Counted from the first letter of the stretch, positions 29,566 through 39,837 are shown. The stretch is DNA of 64,000 nucleotides from Eubacteriales bacterium (GCA_045531795.1 JAZSET010000073.1:202-64201), one strand, 5' to 3'. The notes: generated from the sequence alone by a model not told the origin. A program made the numbers and translations.

Positions 29566-31107
29566 ATGAAAAGAAAACGAATATTAACAATCTTTTTAAT
29601 TGTTTTATTAGCAATTTGTTGTGCAGTAACAACCTTTGCACATTCAGGTCGAACTGATGGCAGTGGAGGACACAAAGATAACAAAAACAAAAGTGGCTTA
29701 GGCAGTTATCATTATCATTGCGGAGGATACCCGGCACATCTTCACAAGGGCGGTTATTGTCCATATACCGATGTATTTCCTTCAAGTGTTTCAATATCTG
29801 TTGAAAAAAGAGTTTTGGGAATCGGTGAGAAAATATCAATTTCGGGTTCTGTGTACCCGGCAAATTCGTGTAATACCAATATAACTTGGAATTGCAGCGA
29901 TTCCAGTGTTGTCAAACTTAAAAACGGAACTATTGAGGCAGTTAATTATGGCACGGCAACTATTACTGCGGAATCATTTAATGAAAAAGTCGGATCGGTC
30001 AAAATAACAGTTAAAGAAATAACTGCCGAAAAGGTAACGATTAATAATATTCCAAACGATGATAGCTTGTACATTGGCGAATCCTTTCAGTTAACTTCCA
30101 CTATAACCCCAAGCAATGTTGACAACCCTTCAATTACATGGAATAGCAGCGACTCTGAAATTGCAACTGTAGACAACAATGGAAATGTTGTATTAAAGAA
30201 TTCCGGAAATGTAAAAATTGAAGCAACGGCAAGCAATGGTGTTAAAGGAGTTTGGCAGGCTCAAGTTAAGGAACGTTTTGTTGAATCTGTAAATATTGAA
30301 GAAAAAGAATTGCCTATGTTGCTTGGATCTACATATACACTAAAAGCGTCTGTAACACCTTCAAATGCAACACACCCGGAAATTCAGTGGGCATCAAATG
30401 ATACAAACATTGTTGATGTATCAAATGATGGGATACTTACTGCAATTTCCTGCGGCAAAACAACTGTAATTGCAACATCTACAAACGGTATCAGTAATTC
30501 AGTAGAGATTACTGTAAATGAAATAGTGGCAGAATCAGTATCAATCGAAGGAAAAACTAAATTTCTTTTAGGCGAAGAAGTTACATTAAGCACAATCATT
30601 ATTCCGGAGAATACTACAGTCAAAGATATTATCTGGAGTGTAGATGATACAGATATTGCAAAGGTTTCTGATGATGGAAAAATTACTGCTCTCGCAATAG
30701 GTAATACTGTTGTTCGAGCAAAACAAAAAGATACTGAGGCTTTTGTAGAAATTTCAGTTTTACCAATTGATGTAACAGAAATAGTCATTACTTCTTCAAA
30801 TGGCAATAGTTTGGGTGAAAATGAAACTTCTGAATTTAGTGCGGAAGTTTTGCCAAGTAATGCAACATATAAAAACATTACTTGGAGTACCAGTGATAGC
30901 TCAATAGCCACGATTGATGAAAATGGCATTTTGACAACACATAAGACCGGAACGGTAATGGTTATTGCAACTACCAATGGCGGTTTTGTTGCAGAATATA
31001 AGCTTAGCGTTGCATCACCGCTTGTTGGTATTATATCCCTTCTTGGAATCGGAGGTGTAGCTACAGGTATAGGGGTTGCTATTAAGAAGAAAAAAGATAA
31101 GGAGTAA
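29566..31107 (+). CDS. YHYH-domain protein with multiple Big_2 (Ig-like) repeats and C-terminal TM anchor
   Basis: Signal peptide, 'GSYHYHCGGYPAHLH', at least 5 repeats of the 'TWxSSDxxIATVDxxGxV' type, and a C-terminal hydrophobic helix plus 'KKKKDKE'. Confidence 0.75.
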   Translation: MKRKRILTIFLIVLLAICCAVTTFAHSGRTDGSGGHKDNKNKSGLGSYHYHCGGYPAHLHKGGYCPYTDVFPSSVSISVEKRVLGIGEKISISGSVYPANSCNTNITWNCSDSSVVKLKNGTIEAVNYGTATITAESFNEKVGSVKITVKEITAEKVTINNIPNDDSLYIGESFQLTSTITPSNVDNPSITWNSSDSEIATVDNNGNVVLKNSGNVKIEATASNGVKGVWQAQVKERFVESVNIEEKELPMLLGSTYTLKASVTPSNATHPEIQWASNDTNIVDVSNDGILTAISCGKTTVIATSTNGISNSVEITVNEIVAESVSIEGKTKFLLGEEVTLSTIIIPENTTVKDIIWSVDDTDIAKVSDDGKITALAIGNTVVRAKQKDTEAFVEISVLPIDVTEIVITSSNGNSLGENETSEFSAEVLPSNATYKNITWSTSDSSIATIDENGILTTHKTGTVMVIATTNGGFVAEYKLSVASPLVGIISLLGIGGVATGIGVAIKKKKDKE

Positions 31108-31212
31108 TCTGCTAAAAAATATCGGCGATGAAAATTTCGAGTTTTGCGATAATTGTGGAAAGAAGTTGCCATAGCCATAACTTAAGGCTAAAAAAGCTAT
31201 TCTTCCTATTTT

Positions 31213-31436
31213 AGCAAAACCTCTTGAAACACCTAATATACTATGCTAAAATAACATTGTAAAAATGGTAAGCAGTTAAAATGGTAAGCAGTTGAACAGG
31301 TATGAAAGTACTATCCCGTGGGATAGCTATGCTCATACCTGTTTTTTCATTTTTACGGACAATAAAATATACATGGGAAACAAACACGCAAAGTAATGTC
31401 TTAGGACTGCTATGCGTGCTTTTTTGTTTTCAAAAA
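31213..31436 (+). promoter_or_regulatory. Promoter-leader-double-terminator module, copy A
   Basis: -35 TTGAAA (31224-29), 17-nt spacer, extended -10 TGCTAAAAT (31244-52). Tandem 16-nt repeat aaaatggtaagcagtt x2 (31262-31293), then terminator 1 and a second hairpin with a T-run. Repeated at 41694-41920. Confidence 0.6.
31295..31347 (+). terminator. Intrinsic terminator 1 of leader module A
   Basis: aacaggtatga/tcatacctgtt outer stem and ctatcc/ggatag inner stem, followed by T6. Confidence 0.7.
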
Positions 31437-31548
31437 GAAAGGGGGCACTCGATATGAGGGCTTAAAAGAAAATCGGAACAAAACAATTTCAGGAGGTAAA
31501 GAAAAATGAAATCTTTCAAAGTCGGGAGTGAGTTAAGTTTTGCGTGAG

Positions 31549-34500
31549 ATGTGCGAACTGTCTCAAATAACCTACAATGACGCGGTAAACGGACTACAGC
31601 TTAATTGTTATGCAGATACTCTTGTGTATCATAAAGCAAACAGTTCAGAGCGTAATCTTGTTGCCATGCGTTTTGGAGGTTATCCCGAGCAAGTCAGGGC
31701 AATGACAGATGTACTCCGTAAAGGAACGGGCGTGCAGGCTGTCGTTGAAAATCACAAAATCATCTTGAACGCCAAAGAGAGTGCATACAAAAGAAGTGTT
31801 ACCCACGACGGTATTTATGCCGAAGGTACGCTTTTTGCCCTCGATGATGAAAGCGGTGAAATGAAGGATGAGGAAAATGTTGAAGTAGAAAGACCGGAGA
31901 GCAAACGAAAAATGTATATCTTCTGTGATGAAGGAGATACCGATTCGTTGTTTGAAGAGCTTGATAAGAAAACTTCCATACCCCTTATCCCTCAGTTCAA
32001 AGACTACATCTTAGAGAAATGTATGAAGCGTAAGATCTTGGTGCCGCTTGAAGTGTTATCTTCAAGTATTCACTTTGATGCGTATATGCTTGAGGTGCGA
32101 AATGATGAAAAGGAAATCGAGGATATTGTTAATGCCGGACTTAAATCAGGCAGGATATCCATTCCCGGTGCAATTAAAAACAGCGGTTTTGAAAACATTG
32201 GAACGGTATCGCAATATCTGAATACCTATGGCGTTACCATTGCAAGCAGAATAAGAGAGTCGTTTAATCCCCTATTCGATCCGTCAACAGAAACTATCTG
32301 TAATAGGCTTAAGGTAATTAACGGCTATCTTAAAAAGAATGTGGGATATACCTTGTATTCCGCACAGCTTGCAGTTGCAGAAGCACTAAAACGCAGACTT
32401 GACAAATCAAAGGTCGGTCTTGTTGTTGCAGAATGCGGAAGCGGAAAAACAAAAATCGGCTCGGCTGCACTGTCAGCTCATCAGAACGGAAAAAAGTGCT
32501 TTAATGTCATTCTCTGTCCTTCTCATGTTACAAAGAAGTGGGTACGGGAAATCGAAGAAACTCTTCCGAATACACAGGCTGAGGTAGTGTATAACCTTGC
32601 CGATATTGACCGTGTACGGCAAAAACATCTTGAGGGCGATAAAACCACATACATCGTTTTGTCAAAGGAACGTGCAAGAGACGGATATATGAGAAAACCG
32701 GTGGCGGTTTACTCTAAAGTCCGAAAGGCTTATGTCTGTCCTTGGTGCGGAGAACCTATTATGATGGAAATTAACGATGATGGTACACATTACAGAGTTC
32801 GTGCAGATCAGTTCTACTTTCAAAAGGAAAACACCAAAAACCATAAGTGTGAGTCTTGCGGAAGCGTTCTCTGGGGTGTCCTTAATCCAGATGACAGACG
32901 AGTGGAATTTAACGATTGGGTGAAGATCGGTGGTTACGGATTCGTATACCGACAGTTTGCTCACAGGCATCTTGAAAAGACAAAGGATCCAAAGGTGCTT
33001 TCAAAACTTGAGGAAATAATCTCAAATCCCGATGTTGCCTTTATCGCAAAGGGAGCATATAACCGCTATTCTATGAGCGATTACATTGCCGAACGCTTTA
33101 AGTCCATTGACGGTGTAATACTTGACGAATTACATCAGTTTAAGGGCGACAGCGGACAGGGCGATGCTATGGAAACTCTTGTAGGATGCAGTAAAAAGGT
33201 CATAGGAATGACGGCAACACTTATTAACGGTTATTCCAGCGGTTTGTTCTATCTTCTTTACCGTATCGTACCGCATTTAATGAGGGTGGATAATAAGGAG
33301 TACAACAATCCCGGTCTGTTTAACAGTGAATACGGTGTTACTGAAACGACTTATGAGCTTAATGATGAGGGCGGATATAACTCCAACAGTAAAAGCCGAA
33401 AGCGAAAGAAATTGCATGAACGGCAAAAGCCCGGTGTGTCACCTCTTGTCTATTCAAGGTTTCTCATTGACTGTGCAGTTTTCTTATCTCTTAATGATAT
33501 GGGAAAGCATTTGCCAGACTATGAGGAAATTCCGATAGAGTTAAATCTCACACCGGAAATCGAAGACGAGTACAAACGCATCGAGAAGGAATATCGTAAC
33601 TGTATGAATAGGCGTGACGGCTCGGCCCAAAAGATAATGTCAAGCTTTTTAAGCCTGCTTACCACATATCCCGACCAACCTTACGACCATGAGCCTATAT
33701 ATTATCCAAAGTCAAAAGAACCAATCGTTACACCAAAGAATCTTTCGGATATCAGTGTACTTAACGAAAAAGATGTTGCTACACTTGATATTGTAAAACG
33801 AAAGGTTTCAGGAGGCGAACGTGTACTTATCTACACAAGCTGGATAAGTATTGACACACAGGATAAGCTCAAAGGTATTTTGGAGGACAACGGATATAAG
33901 GTGGCAGTTCTTGAACAAAAGGTTGCACCTGAAAAACGAGAAGAATGGGTACAAAAAAGAGTAGATGACGGTATAGATGTCCTTATTACAAATCCCAGTC
34001 TTGTGGAAACGGGCTTGGATCTTAATAGCTTTACAACACTTATCTACTACAACATCGGATATAATCTTTTCACTTTCAGACAAAGCTCGCGCCGTTCTTG
34101 GCGTATCAATCAGACATCCCCTCGCATTGAAGTATATATTCTGTATTTCAAGGGTGTAATGCAGGCAAGAGCAATTCGTCTTATGGCATCAAAGCTTGCA
34201 GCGGCAACTCTTGTTGAAGGCAACTTTACAGATGAAGGACTTGCGGCTATGAGCGATTGTACTGATATGACCTCGCAGCTTGCACGTGAGCTTACAAAGG
34301 GCATTCGTGATGAGGTTGAGGATGTTGCGGCTATGTTCAAGAAAATGGCGATTATCAAGGATAATACCGATGTGGAGGAAGAAACCGACACATATACCAT
34401 TTATGTTGACGAAGAAGAAGCGAAAAAGCAGAAAAAGGATATGGAGCTTACAGTTGCACAGAAATTGCAAAGGGCGATGTTCCTTGCAAAGCAGGCAAAT

Positions 34501-34587
34501 GCAAGAAAATCCTCTGTGTTTTTCTCTATGTACACAAACGAAGATGTGCCTGCAGGTACACAGTGTACGCTTTTCGATGTAGCATAA
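31549..34587 (+). CDS. SNF2/DEAD-like superfamily-2 helicase with inserted zinc ribbon
   Basis: Motif I 'AECGSGKTKIG', motif II 'ILDELHQFKG', zinc ribbon 'CPWCGEP...CESCGS', C-terminal helicase motifs 'TNPSLVETGLDL' and 'FRQSSRRSWRINQ'. The track start is TTG at 31540, and an in-frame ATG lies at 31549. Confidence 0.8.
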   Translation: MCELSQITYNDAVNGLQLNCYADTLVYHKANSSERNLVAMRFGGYPEQVRAMTDVLRKGTGVQAVVENHKIILNAKESAYKRSVTHDGIYAEGTLFALDDESGEMKDEENVEVERPESKRKMYIFCDEGDTDSLFEELDKKTSIPLIPQFKDYILEKCMKRKILVPLEVLSSSIHFDAYMLEVRNDEKEIEDIVNAGLKSGRISIPGAIKNSGFENIGTVSQYLNTYGVTIASRIRESFNPLFDPSTETICNRLKVINGYLKKNVGYTLYSAQLAVAEALKRRLDKSKVGLVVAECGSGKTKIGSAALSAHQNGKKCFNVILCPSHVTKKWVREIEETLPNTQAEVVYNLADIDRVRQKHLEGDKTTYIVLSKERARDGYMRKPVAVYSKVRKAYVCPWCGEPIMMEINDDGTHYRVRADQFYFQKENTKNHKCESCGSVLWGVLNPDDRRVEFNDWVKIGGYGFVYRQFAHRHLEKTKDPKVLSKLEEIISNPDVAFIAKGAYNRYSMSDYIAERFKSIDGVILDELHQFKGDSGQGDAMETLVGCSKKVIGMTATLINGYSSGLFYLLYRIVPHLMRVDNKEYNNPGLFNSEYGVTETTYELNDEGGYNSNSKSRKRKKLHERQKPGVSPLVYSRFLIDCAVFLSLNDMGKHLPDYEEIPIELNLTPEIEDEYKRIEKEYRNCMNRRDGSAQKIMSSFLSLLTTYPDQPYDHEPIYYPKSKEPIVTPKNLSDISVLNEKDVATLDIVKRKVSGGERVLIYTSWISIDTQDKLKGILEDNGYKVAVLEQKVAPEKREEWVQKRVDDGIDVLITNPSLVETGLDLNSFTTLIYYNIGYNLFTFRQSSRRSWRINQTSPRIEVYILYFKGVMQARAIRLMASKLAAATLVEGNFTDEGLAAMSDCTDMTSQLARELTKGIRDEVEDVAAMFKKMAIIKDNTDVEEETDTYTIYVDEEEAKKQKKDMELTVAQKLQRAMFLAKQANARKSSVFFSMYTNEDVPAGTQCTLFDVA

Positions 34588-34606
34588 CAGAAAGGATTAA
34601 ACAAAA

Positions 34607-35797
34607 ATGAGGGTTACAGTAAACAGAAAAATAATGCTTGAACACTTAAAGTCTATGAGCAAGCTTGTTCCGACAAGCAGTGCGATTCCCGAACTTAAAG
34701 GTTTTCTTGTTGAAGCAAATGAAGATGACGGATATTTGTATGTGTCGGCAAACAATATTGAGTCGGCAATACAGAGAAAATTTACTGCCGGGATTGAAGA
34801 AGGCGGAGCTTTTGTTCTCGATGCAAGACTGCTTATGGGCATTCTCTCGAAACTTGCAGGCGATGATGTGCTTTTTGAAATGGAACAGGAAGGAAGTGTG
34901 AAAATAGGCTCGGAGAGTTGTACTTATACAATGAGTACTCTCAGAACAGAGAATTTTCCGCGACCTGATATTCCTTTTCCCGATACCACGATGCACGTTG
35001 CCGGAATGAAACAGTTATATAACAAAACAAGTGATACTGTTCACAAGAATGTCGAGGAAATACTCAACGGTATACACCTTGAGATAACTCCAAACGAAAT
35101 AAGGGCAACAGGCTGCGACGGAAAGTGTATCGGAAGTGCCAGACACGAAATGTCTTGTGGCGGCAGTATGAAAGTAACTCTTTCAAGGGTAGCTTTGTCT
35201 TACCTTGTATCTGCTGCAGGCGATGAAGAGCTTGAAGTAGGTTTGTGCAGAAATTTTGTTGTCTTTATGAAGGAAGGAATGCTTTTCTCGGCTAAAAAAC
35301 TCGCAAGGGAATATGTCGATACAGAAAAGATATTTTCTTCTGTGGGCAGCGAATATGAAGCAAAGGTAGAGTTTAAGGAGTTCAAAGAATGTGTACGCAG
35401 TGCCAAAAACATCGCATCTATGGGACACGAAACTTCGTATATTAAACTTGACTTTGAAGATGAAGGTATAAAGGTCTCTACACAAAACGATGTCGGAGGC
35501 GGAGCAAATACTGCTGAAGCGGTTATGTTCAGCGGCACTTCGGGGCTTAGCTTCTACTATCCTGCGGCTTTGCTTGAAAATGCCTTTAAGACGATTGACG
35601 GTACTATGATCGTAAGGGTTGATAAACGAGGCTATCTTCTCATTTTCAATAAACTTGACAGATACCTTATTACTCCCCTTCCTGCATCGGCTGTTCAAAG
35701 TCAGATCTTAAGGTTTGAAAACCAAAAGAAAATAGCTCGCGGAGAAATCGAAGATAAGACTGTGAAAAAAACGAGAACTTCAAGAAAAGCGGCATAA
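34607..35797 (+). CDS. DNA polymerase III beta sliding-clamp-like protein
   Basis: About 396 aa. The N-terminus 'VTVNRKIMLEHLKSMSKLVPTSSAIPELKGFLVEANEDDGYLYVSANNIESAI' and 'FVLDARLLMGILSKL' follow the DnaN pattern. Confidence 0.6.
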   Translation: MRVTVNRKIMLEHLKSMSKLVPTSSAIPELKGFLVEANEDDGYLYVSANNIESAIQRKFTAGIEEGGAFVLDARLLMGILSKLAGDDVLFEMEQEGSVKIGSESCTYTMSTLRTENFPRPDIPFPDTTMHVAGMKQLYNKTSDTVHKNVEEILNGIHLEITPNEIRATGCDGKCIGSARHEMSCGGSMKVTLSRVALSYLVSAAGDEELEVGLCRNFVVFMKEGMLFSAKKLAREYVDTEKIFSSVGSEYEAKVEFKEFKECVRSAKNIASMGHETSYIKLDFEDEGIKVSTQNDVGGGANTAEAVMFSGTSGLSFYYPAALLENAFKTIDGTMIVRVDKRGYLLIFNKLDRYLITPLPASAVQSQILRFENQKKIARGEIEDKTVKKTRTSRKAA

Positions 35798-35813
35798 AGG
35801 AGTTAAAACAAAT

Positions 35814-37196
35814 ATGTTATACACCAAAATGAATCAAATCATTGATGAAGTAAATGCAGAAGTGGCAGAAAGAGAGGAGCTTGTCGAGCTTATCGCCATT
35901 GCCTTGTTATCTAAGAAGAATCTATTTATCTTAGGTGATACAGGTCAGGCTAAAAGCTATGCCATAAATCTTTTCCGTAAGCGTATTGAGGGAGCAAAGC
36001 AATTTGAAAGGCTTATGTCAAAGCAGACCGATGAAGAACAGCTTTTCGGCAGACTTGACCTTTCAAGTCTTATTCCCGGCAATATGCCGCATCAAGAACT
36101 TATGAAAGATGAGTGTTATGCAAAGGCATATACCGAGCTTCAAAAGACTTATGACAACTACAAGAGCACTCACGACACTACAAGCATCAGCCGTGCAGTA
36201 GAACTGCAAAACATGGCAGAACGCTTAAAGAGTATTATCTGTACACTAAGCAGTACATCACCAAAGATGATAACAGACGGAAAGATACCCGACAGCCACA
36301 TTGTGTTTCTCGATGAGATCTTCAAGTCGGGCGACGGTATCTTGAACTCACTGCTTACGGCACTCAATGAAAAGGTATACACAAATGAGGGACAGACGGT
36401 AGATATTCCGGTTGTCTCTTTCTTTTCCGCTTCTAACGAAATACCAAACTTCAACGATTCTGCACAGGCTATCTTAAAGCCCTTGTATGACCGCTTTGAA
36501 TTAAAGGTACTTACCGAGTATGTCAAGGAAAAGGACAATCGTTTGCAGGTTTTGAAGGGTAAACAAGGGTATCTTCCCACACCGTCTAAAACCAGTATCA
36601 CCTTATCTGAACTCGAACAAATGCAAGTCGAAGTACAGGCGGTATTTGTCCCCGACTCAATCAATGAGCTTATGGACAATGTACTGTGCGAACTAAGACG
36701 AGCAGGCGTTCATGTGTCGGACAGAAAGTTTTTCGGATTTACTCCGATCGTTCGTGCAAAGGCATATCTTAACGGAAACACAGAGGTAACATCAAAGGAT
36801 CTGCTTGTTCTCAAAAACTATTTTTGGAACAGACCTGAAGAAATACCCACTGTCGAAAAGGTACTTTGCGACCTTTGTGAAAATCCGCTTGGTGCTGCCA
36901 TTGACAGTCTCATAGCTATGGCAGGAGAAAGTCAAGCAGAGATGAATGAAACAATAGCAGCACTTGATGCAGGGTGCGACGAAAGAGAAAAGATGAAGTC
37001 TTATGTTGTCTTTTCAAAACAGTTGTTTCGCATTTATCTTGAACTTGATAAACTCAAGACAGATGATTTGAGCGATAGCGATTTACAGGAAGTAAACGGC
37101 GGTTTACTTACACTTGAAGAAATGCTCACCGAAGCGGCAAAGTCAGTCGGCACGACCTACATACCGCTCAGTGACCAAAAACGATTAAATTTTTAA
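35814..37196 (+). CDS. MoxR/RavA-like AAA+ ATPase
   Basis: Walker A 'LGDTGQAKS', Walker B 'HIVFLDEIFKS', and 'LNSLLTALNE', typical of MoxR-class AAA+ proteins. Confidence 0.65.
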   Translation: MLYTKMNQIIDEVNAEVAEREELVELIAIALLSKKNLFILGDTGQAKSYAINLFRKRIEGAKQFERLMSKQTDEEQLFGRLDLSSLIPGNMPHQELMKDECYAKAYTELQKTYDNYKSTHDTTSISRAVELQNMAERLKSIICTLSSTSPKMITDGKIPDSHIVFLDEIFKSGDGILNSLLTALNEKVYTNEGQTVDIPVVSFFSASNEIPNFNDSAQAILKPLYDRFELKVLTEYVKEKDNRLQVLKGKQGYLPTPSKTSITLSELEQMQVEVQAVFVPDSINELMDNVLCELRRAGVHVSDRKFFGFTPIVRAKAYLNGNTEVTSKDLLVLKNYFWNRPEEIPTVEKVLCDLCENPLGAAIDSLIAMAGESQAEMNETIAALDAGCDEREKMKSYVVFSKQLFRIYLELDKLKTDDLSDSDLQEVNGGLLTLEEMLTEAAKSVGTTYIPLSDQKRLNF

Positions 37197-37208
37197 AGGA
37201 GAATTATT

Positions 37209-37652
37209 ATGGGATTTAACAAAACTATTTTTATCGGAAGACTTACGAAAGATCCTGAGATTAGAATGTTCGGAGAAGCAAAGGTGGCAAACTTTACACT
37301 TGCAGTTGACAGACGATTCAAGAGCAAGAACGAAGATGCACCCACAGCGGATTTTATCCCCGTTACTGTATGGCGAGGAACTGCTGATTTTGTAGAAAAG
37401 TATTTTACAAAGGGTAAGCAGGTTGTTGCTTGCGGCTGGCTTGAAACCTATTCCTACGAAAAAGACGGTCAAAGAATTCACTCCTTCCGTATCAATGCGG
37501 ATGAGGTTGGATTTGCCGACACCGCAAGGTCCGATAACGGCGGCGGACAGAATAACGGAGGAACAGGTGCTTTTTCCGGTCAGATGAGTCCCGGCGATTT
37601 CAGCGGCTTTGATCCTACAGATTTTAGCAATGACGATGACCTTCCGTTTTAA
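37209..37652 (+). CDS. ssb: Single-stranded DNA-binding protein
   Basis: 'NKTIFIGRLTKDPEIR', an OB fold, a Gly-rich linker, and the acidic tail 'DDDLPF'. Confidence 0.9.
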   Translation: MGFNKTIFIGRLTKDPEIRMFGEAKVANFTLAVDRRFKSKNEDAPTADFIPVTVWRGTADFVEKYFTKGKQVVACGWLETYSYEKDGQRIHSFRINADEVGFADTARSDNGGGQNNGGTGAFSGQMSPGDFSGFDPTDFSNDDDLPF

Positions 37653-37714
37653 TTAAGAATCAGAGGTTGTGCGGGTAAGGATAACACCTTATCTGCACAC
37701 CTTCAAGGAGTAAT

Positions 37715-39289
37715 ATGGGACAATATAAATTCATAGAGGATGTTCTTTCGGGACTATCTTCTTTAACACAAAAAACGACAGGAGAAAAAACAGACAGAGT
37801 TCTTAAATCCACTCGCATTGAACAGGCAATCTACGAAGACCTTTCTTCCGATGCAGATGGACTTGCAAGGTACGCATCAGAAGGCAGTGAAAAGCTTAAA
37901 TCCTTTTCCAGCCTTGTCAACGATGTATTTCAATCCGTTTACGGACTCAGAGCAAGATACACAGACGATAGCGACCTTTCAGCCCTTTCAAAGAGTCTTA
38001 ACAAGACTATCTTGGGAGATCTTATGAGTGATGAAAGTTATGCTGCTGTCAAAAGTGTATGCGAAGGCAAAGAGCTTCCCGCAATCGGCGCCACTGAAGA
38101 ATTTACCGAAAAGTTAGTCGAAAATCTCGATGATGTTTTAAGTAAAACTACAGGCGGCAAAGGTAAGGCAGATGCCCTTGACAAAATGCAGGATGATGAG
38201 ACCGCTTTACAGGAAAAATTACAAGAACTTCTAAAGAAAAGAGAAACCACTCCGCAAAGCGGAATGGAAGCACTGAACGAAAGAATCGTAAATACGGCTA
38301 ACCGCATTGTTTCAAAGCGAGAACAAATGCAGATGTTTGAAAACATCATACAACAGAGTCTCGGAAAGAGCAGCGGTGAGCTTAAAAGGATTGTTTCTTC
38401 TTGTGCCGATTCTGCACTTGAGAGAGCTGAAGGAATAAGCAATATGCTTATGGCTTGGGGTGATGGGGACGCCGAAATGAAAAAGACTCCGGTAAACACC
38501 GAAATCTTAAAGAAAATGGCATCCTCTCACAAACTAAGGCTTATAGCGAAATTCTTGGGAAGATACAAGGAGAAACTTCGTTCCAAACGCCTTGCGGGAT
38601 TTACCTATGGCAGAGGTGAAAAGTATGATATCGAATACGGAAACAACATTAACCGTGCTTTGACATCAGAACTTGCCACTCTCGCATCCCCCGATCTTGT
38701 ACCTCTTTTCTTGAGGAAGTACCAAAACAAATCATTAAAGCAGTACCGAAAGCGTGAGCCTGAGTACAAAGGCGGTGGAGATATTATCGTCTGCCTTGAT
38801 GAATCTTCATCTACCTTTGGCGAAAACAATGCTTACGGTATGGCACTTGCAATGGTGCTTTATGAGATATGCAGAGAAAATCACGCAAATTTCGCACTTG
38901 TACATTTTGCAAAGAATACAAAGGTGGACTATTTTCCTAAAGATGAAAAGGTATCATCCGGGAAGGTGCTTGACTGTGCTGAAACCTTTCTCGGCGGCGG
39001 TACCAACTTTGAAAATCCTCTGCGAGAAGTATTTGCTCTGACGACAAACGGAAAGCTTGATAAGCCCGACATTGTATTTGTCACAGACGGCGAATGCGAT
39101 GTCTCGGATGAATTCTTGAAACTGTTTGACGAATTTAAGGCAGATACAGGTGTAAAGCTCACAGGCATACTTCTCGATAAGGGAAGCTGCTTTGAATTTT
39201 CTTTACAAAAATTTGCAGATGTGATTTTCAGAACAAGTGAACTTGAGGAGGATACAATCATTGAACGAAGCATTGAACAATTTTCGTAG
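37715..39289 (+). CDS. von Willebrand factor A (VWA) domain protein, likely partner of the MoxR ATPase
   Basis: C-terminal VWA domain with MIDAS 'DIIVCLDESSS', 'GGGTNF' and 'IVFVTDGE'. Confidence 0.7.
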   Translation: MGQYKFIEDVLSGLSSLTQKTTGEKTDRVLKSTRIEQAIYEDLSSDADGLARYASEGSEKLKSFSSLVNDVFQSVYGLRARYTDDSDLSALSKSLNKTILGDLMSDESYAAVKSVCEGKELPAIGATEEFTEKLVENLDDVLSKTTGGKGKADALDKMQDDETALQEKLQELLKKRETTPQSGMEALNERIVNTANRIVSKREQMQMFENIIQQSLGKSSGELKRIVSSCADSALERAEGISNMLMAWGDGDAEMKKTPVNTEILKKMASSHKLRLIAKFLGRYKEKLRSKRLAGFTYGRGEKYDIEYGNNINRALTSELATLASPDLVPLFLRKYQNKSLKQYRKREPEYKGGGDIIVCLDESSSTFGENNAYGMALAMVLYEICRENHANFALVHFAKNTKVDYFPKDEKVSSGKVLDCAETFLGGGTNFENPLREVFALTTNGKLDKPDIVFVTDGECDVSDEFLKLFDEFKADTGVKLTGILLDKGSCFEFSLQKFADVIFRTSELEEDTIIERSIEQFS

Positions 39290-39698
39290 AGTCGTAATTG
39301 ACCACTACACAGGACCGGAAATCACAGAATTTTCGGACTTGCGAAAGCATTACGGTACAGGGCAATCCTATCTCATATCCCAAAATCCCGAAAAGAAATA
39401 TGGGTATAGAATAGGTGTACAAACTAATATCGGTGATATTGAAGTAAGCGAATGGCAAAGGCTTGTAGAAGAACTCATTGAGCGTAATGGTGAGCAAGGC
39501 TTATTTGCTCAAATACTTGAATGGGAAAAGCTTTATGGTTTTTCCCGTAATGCTAAAGAGGCTAAACAACAAGCATTGGAACTTCATGCAGCACGAATTT
39601 TCAATAACGAAGATTGGTGTGACTATATCGCTTTCAACGAAAAATATCGCCCTGAAATATTAAGAAATAAAGGAGAACAGAAAAATGAAAAAGATTAA
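39261..39698 (+). CDS. Hypothetical protein
   Basis: The ORF is in the operon. The TTG at 39261 lies 9 nt after GAGGAGG; the track start at 39237 is also possible. Confidence 0.45.
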   Translation: MNEALNNFRRVVIDHYTGPEITEFSDLRKHYGTGQSYLISQNPEKKYGYRIGVQTNIGDIEVSEWQRLVEELIERNGEQGLFAQILEWEKLYGFSRNAKEAKQQALELHAARIFNNEDWCDYIAFNEKYRPEILRNKGEQKNEKD

Positions 39699-39837
39699 AA
39701 AGATAATTAACAGCATAAAAGACAAAGCAGAAACATTCTATATTGATGTCTATAAGTGGAACAAAGGAAAGATCAATGCTATTGCAATACTTGGCGTTAT
39801 CGAGGTAGCGTTAACAATCATTCTTGTGACAATATGA
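39685..39837 (+). CDS. Small (50 aa) single-pass membrane protein, below the ORF-track size cutoff
   Basis: AAGGAG lies 9 nt upstream of the ATG. Translation: 'MKKIKKIINSIKDKAETFYIDVYKWNKGKINAIAILGVIEVALTIILVTI'. Confidence 0.5.
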   Translation: MKKIKKIINSIKDKAETFYIDVYKWNKGKINAIAILGVIEVALTIILVTI

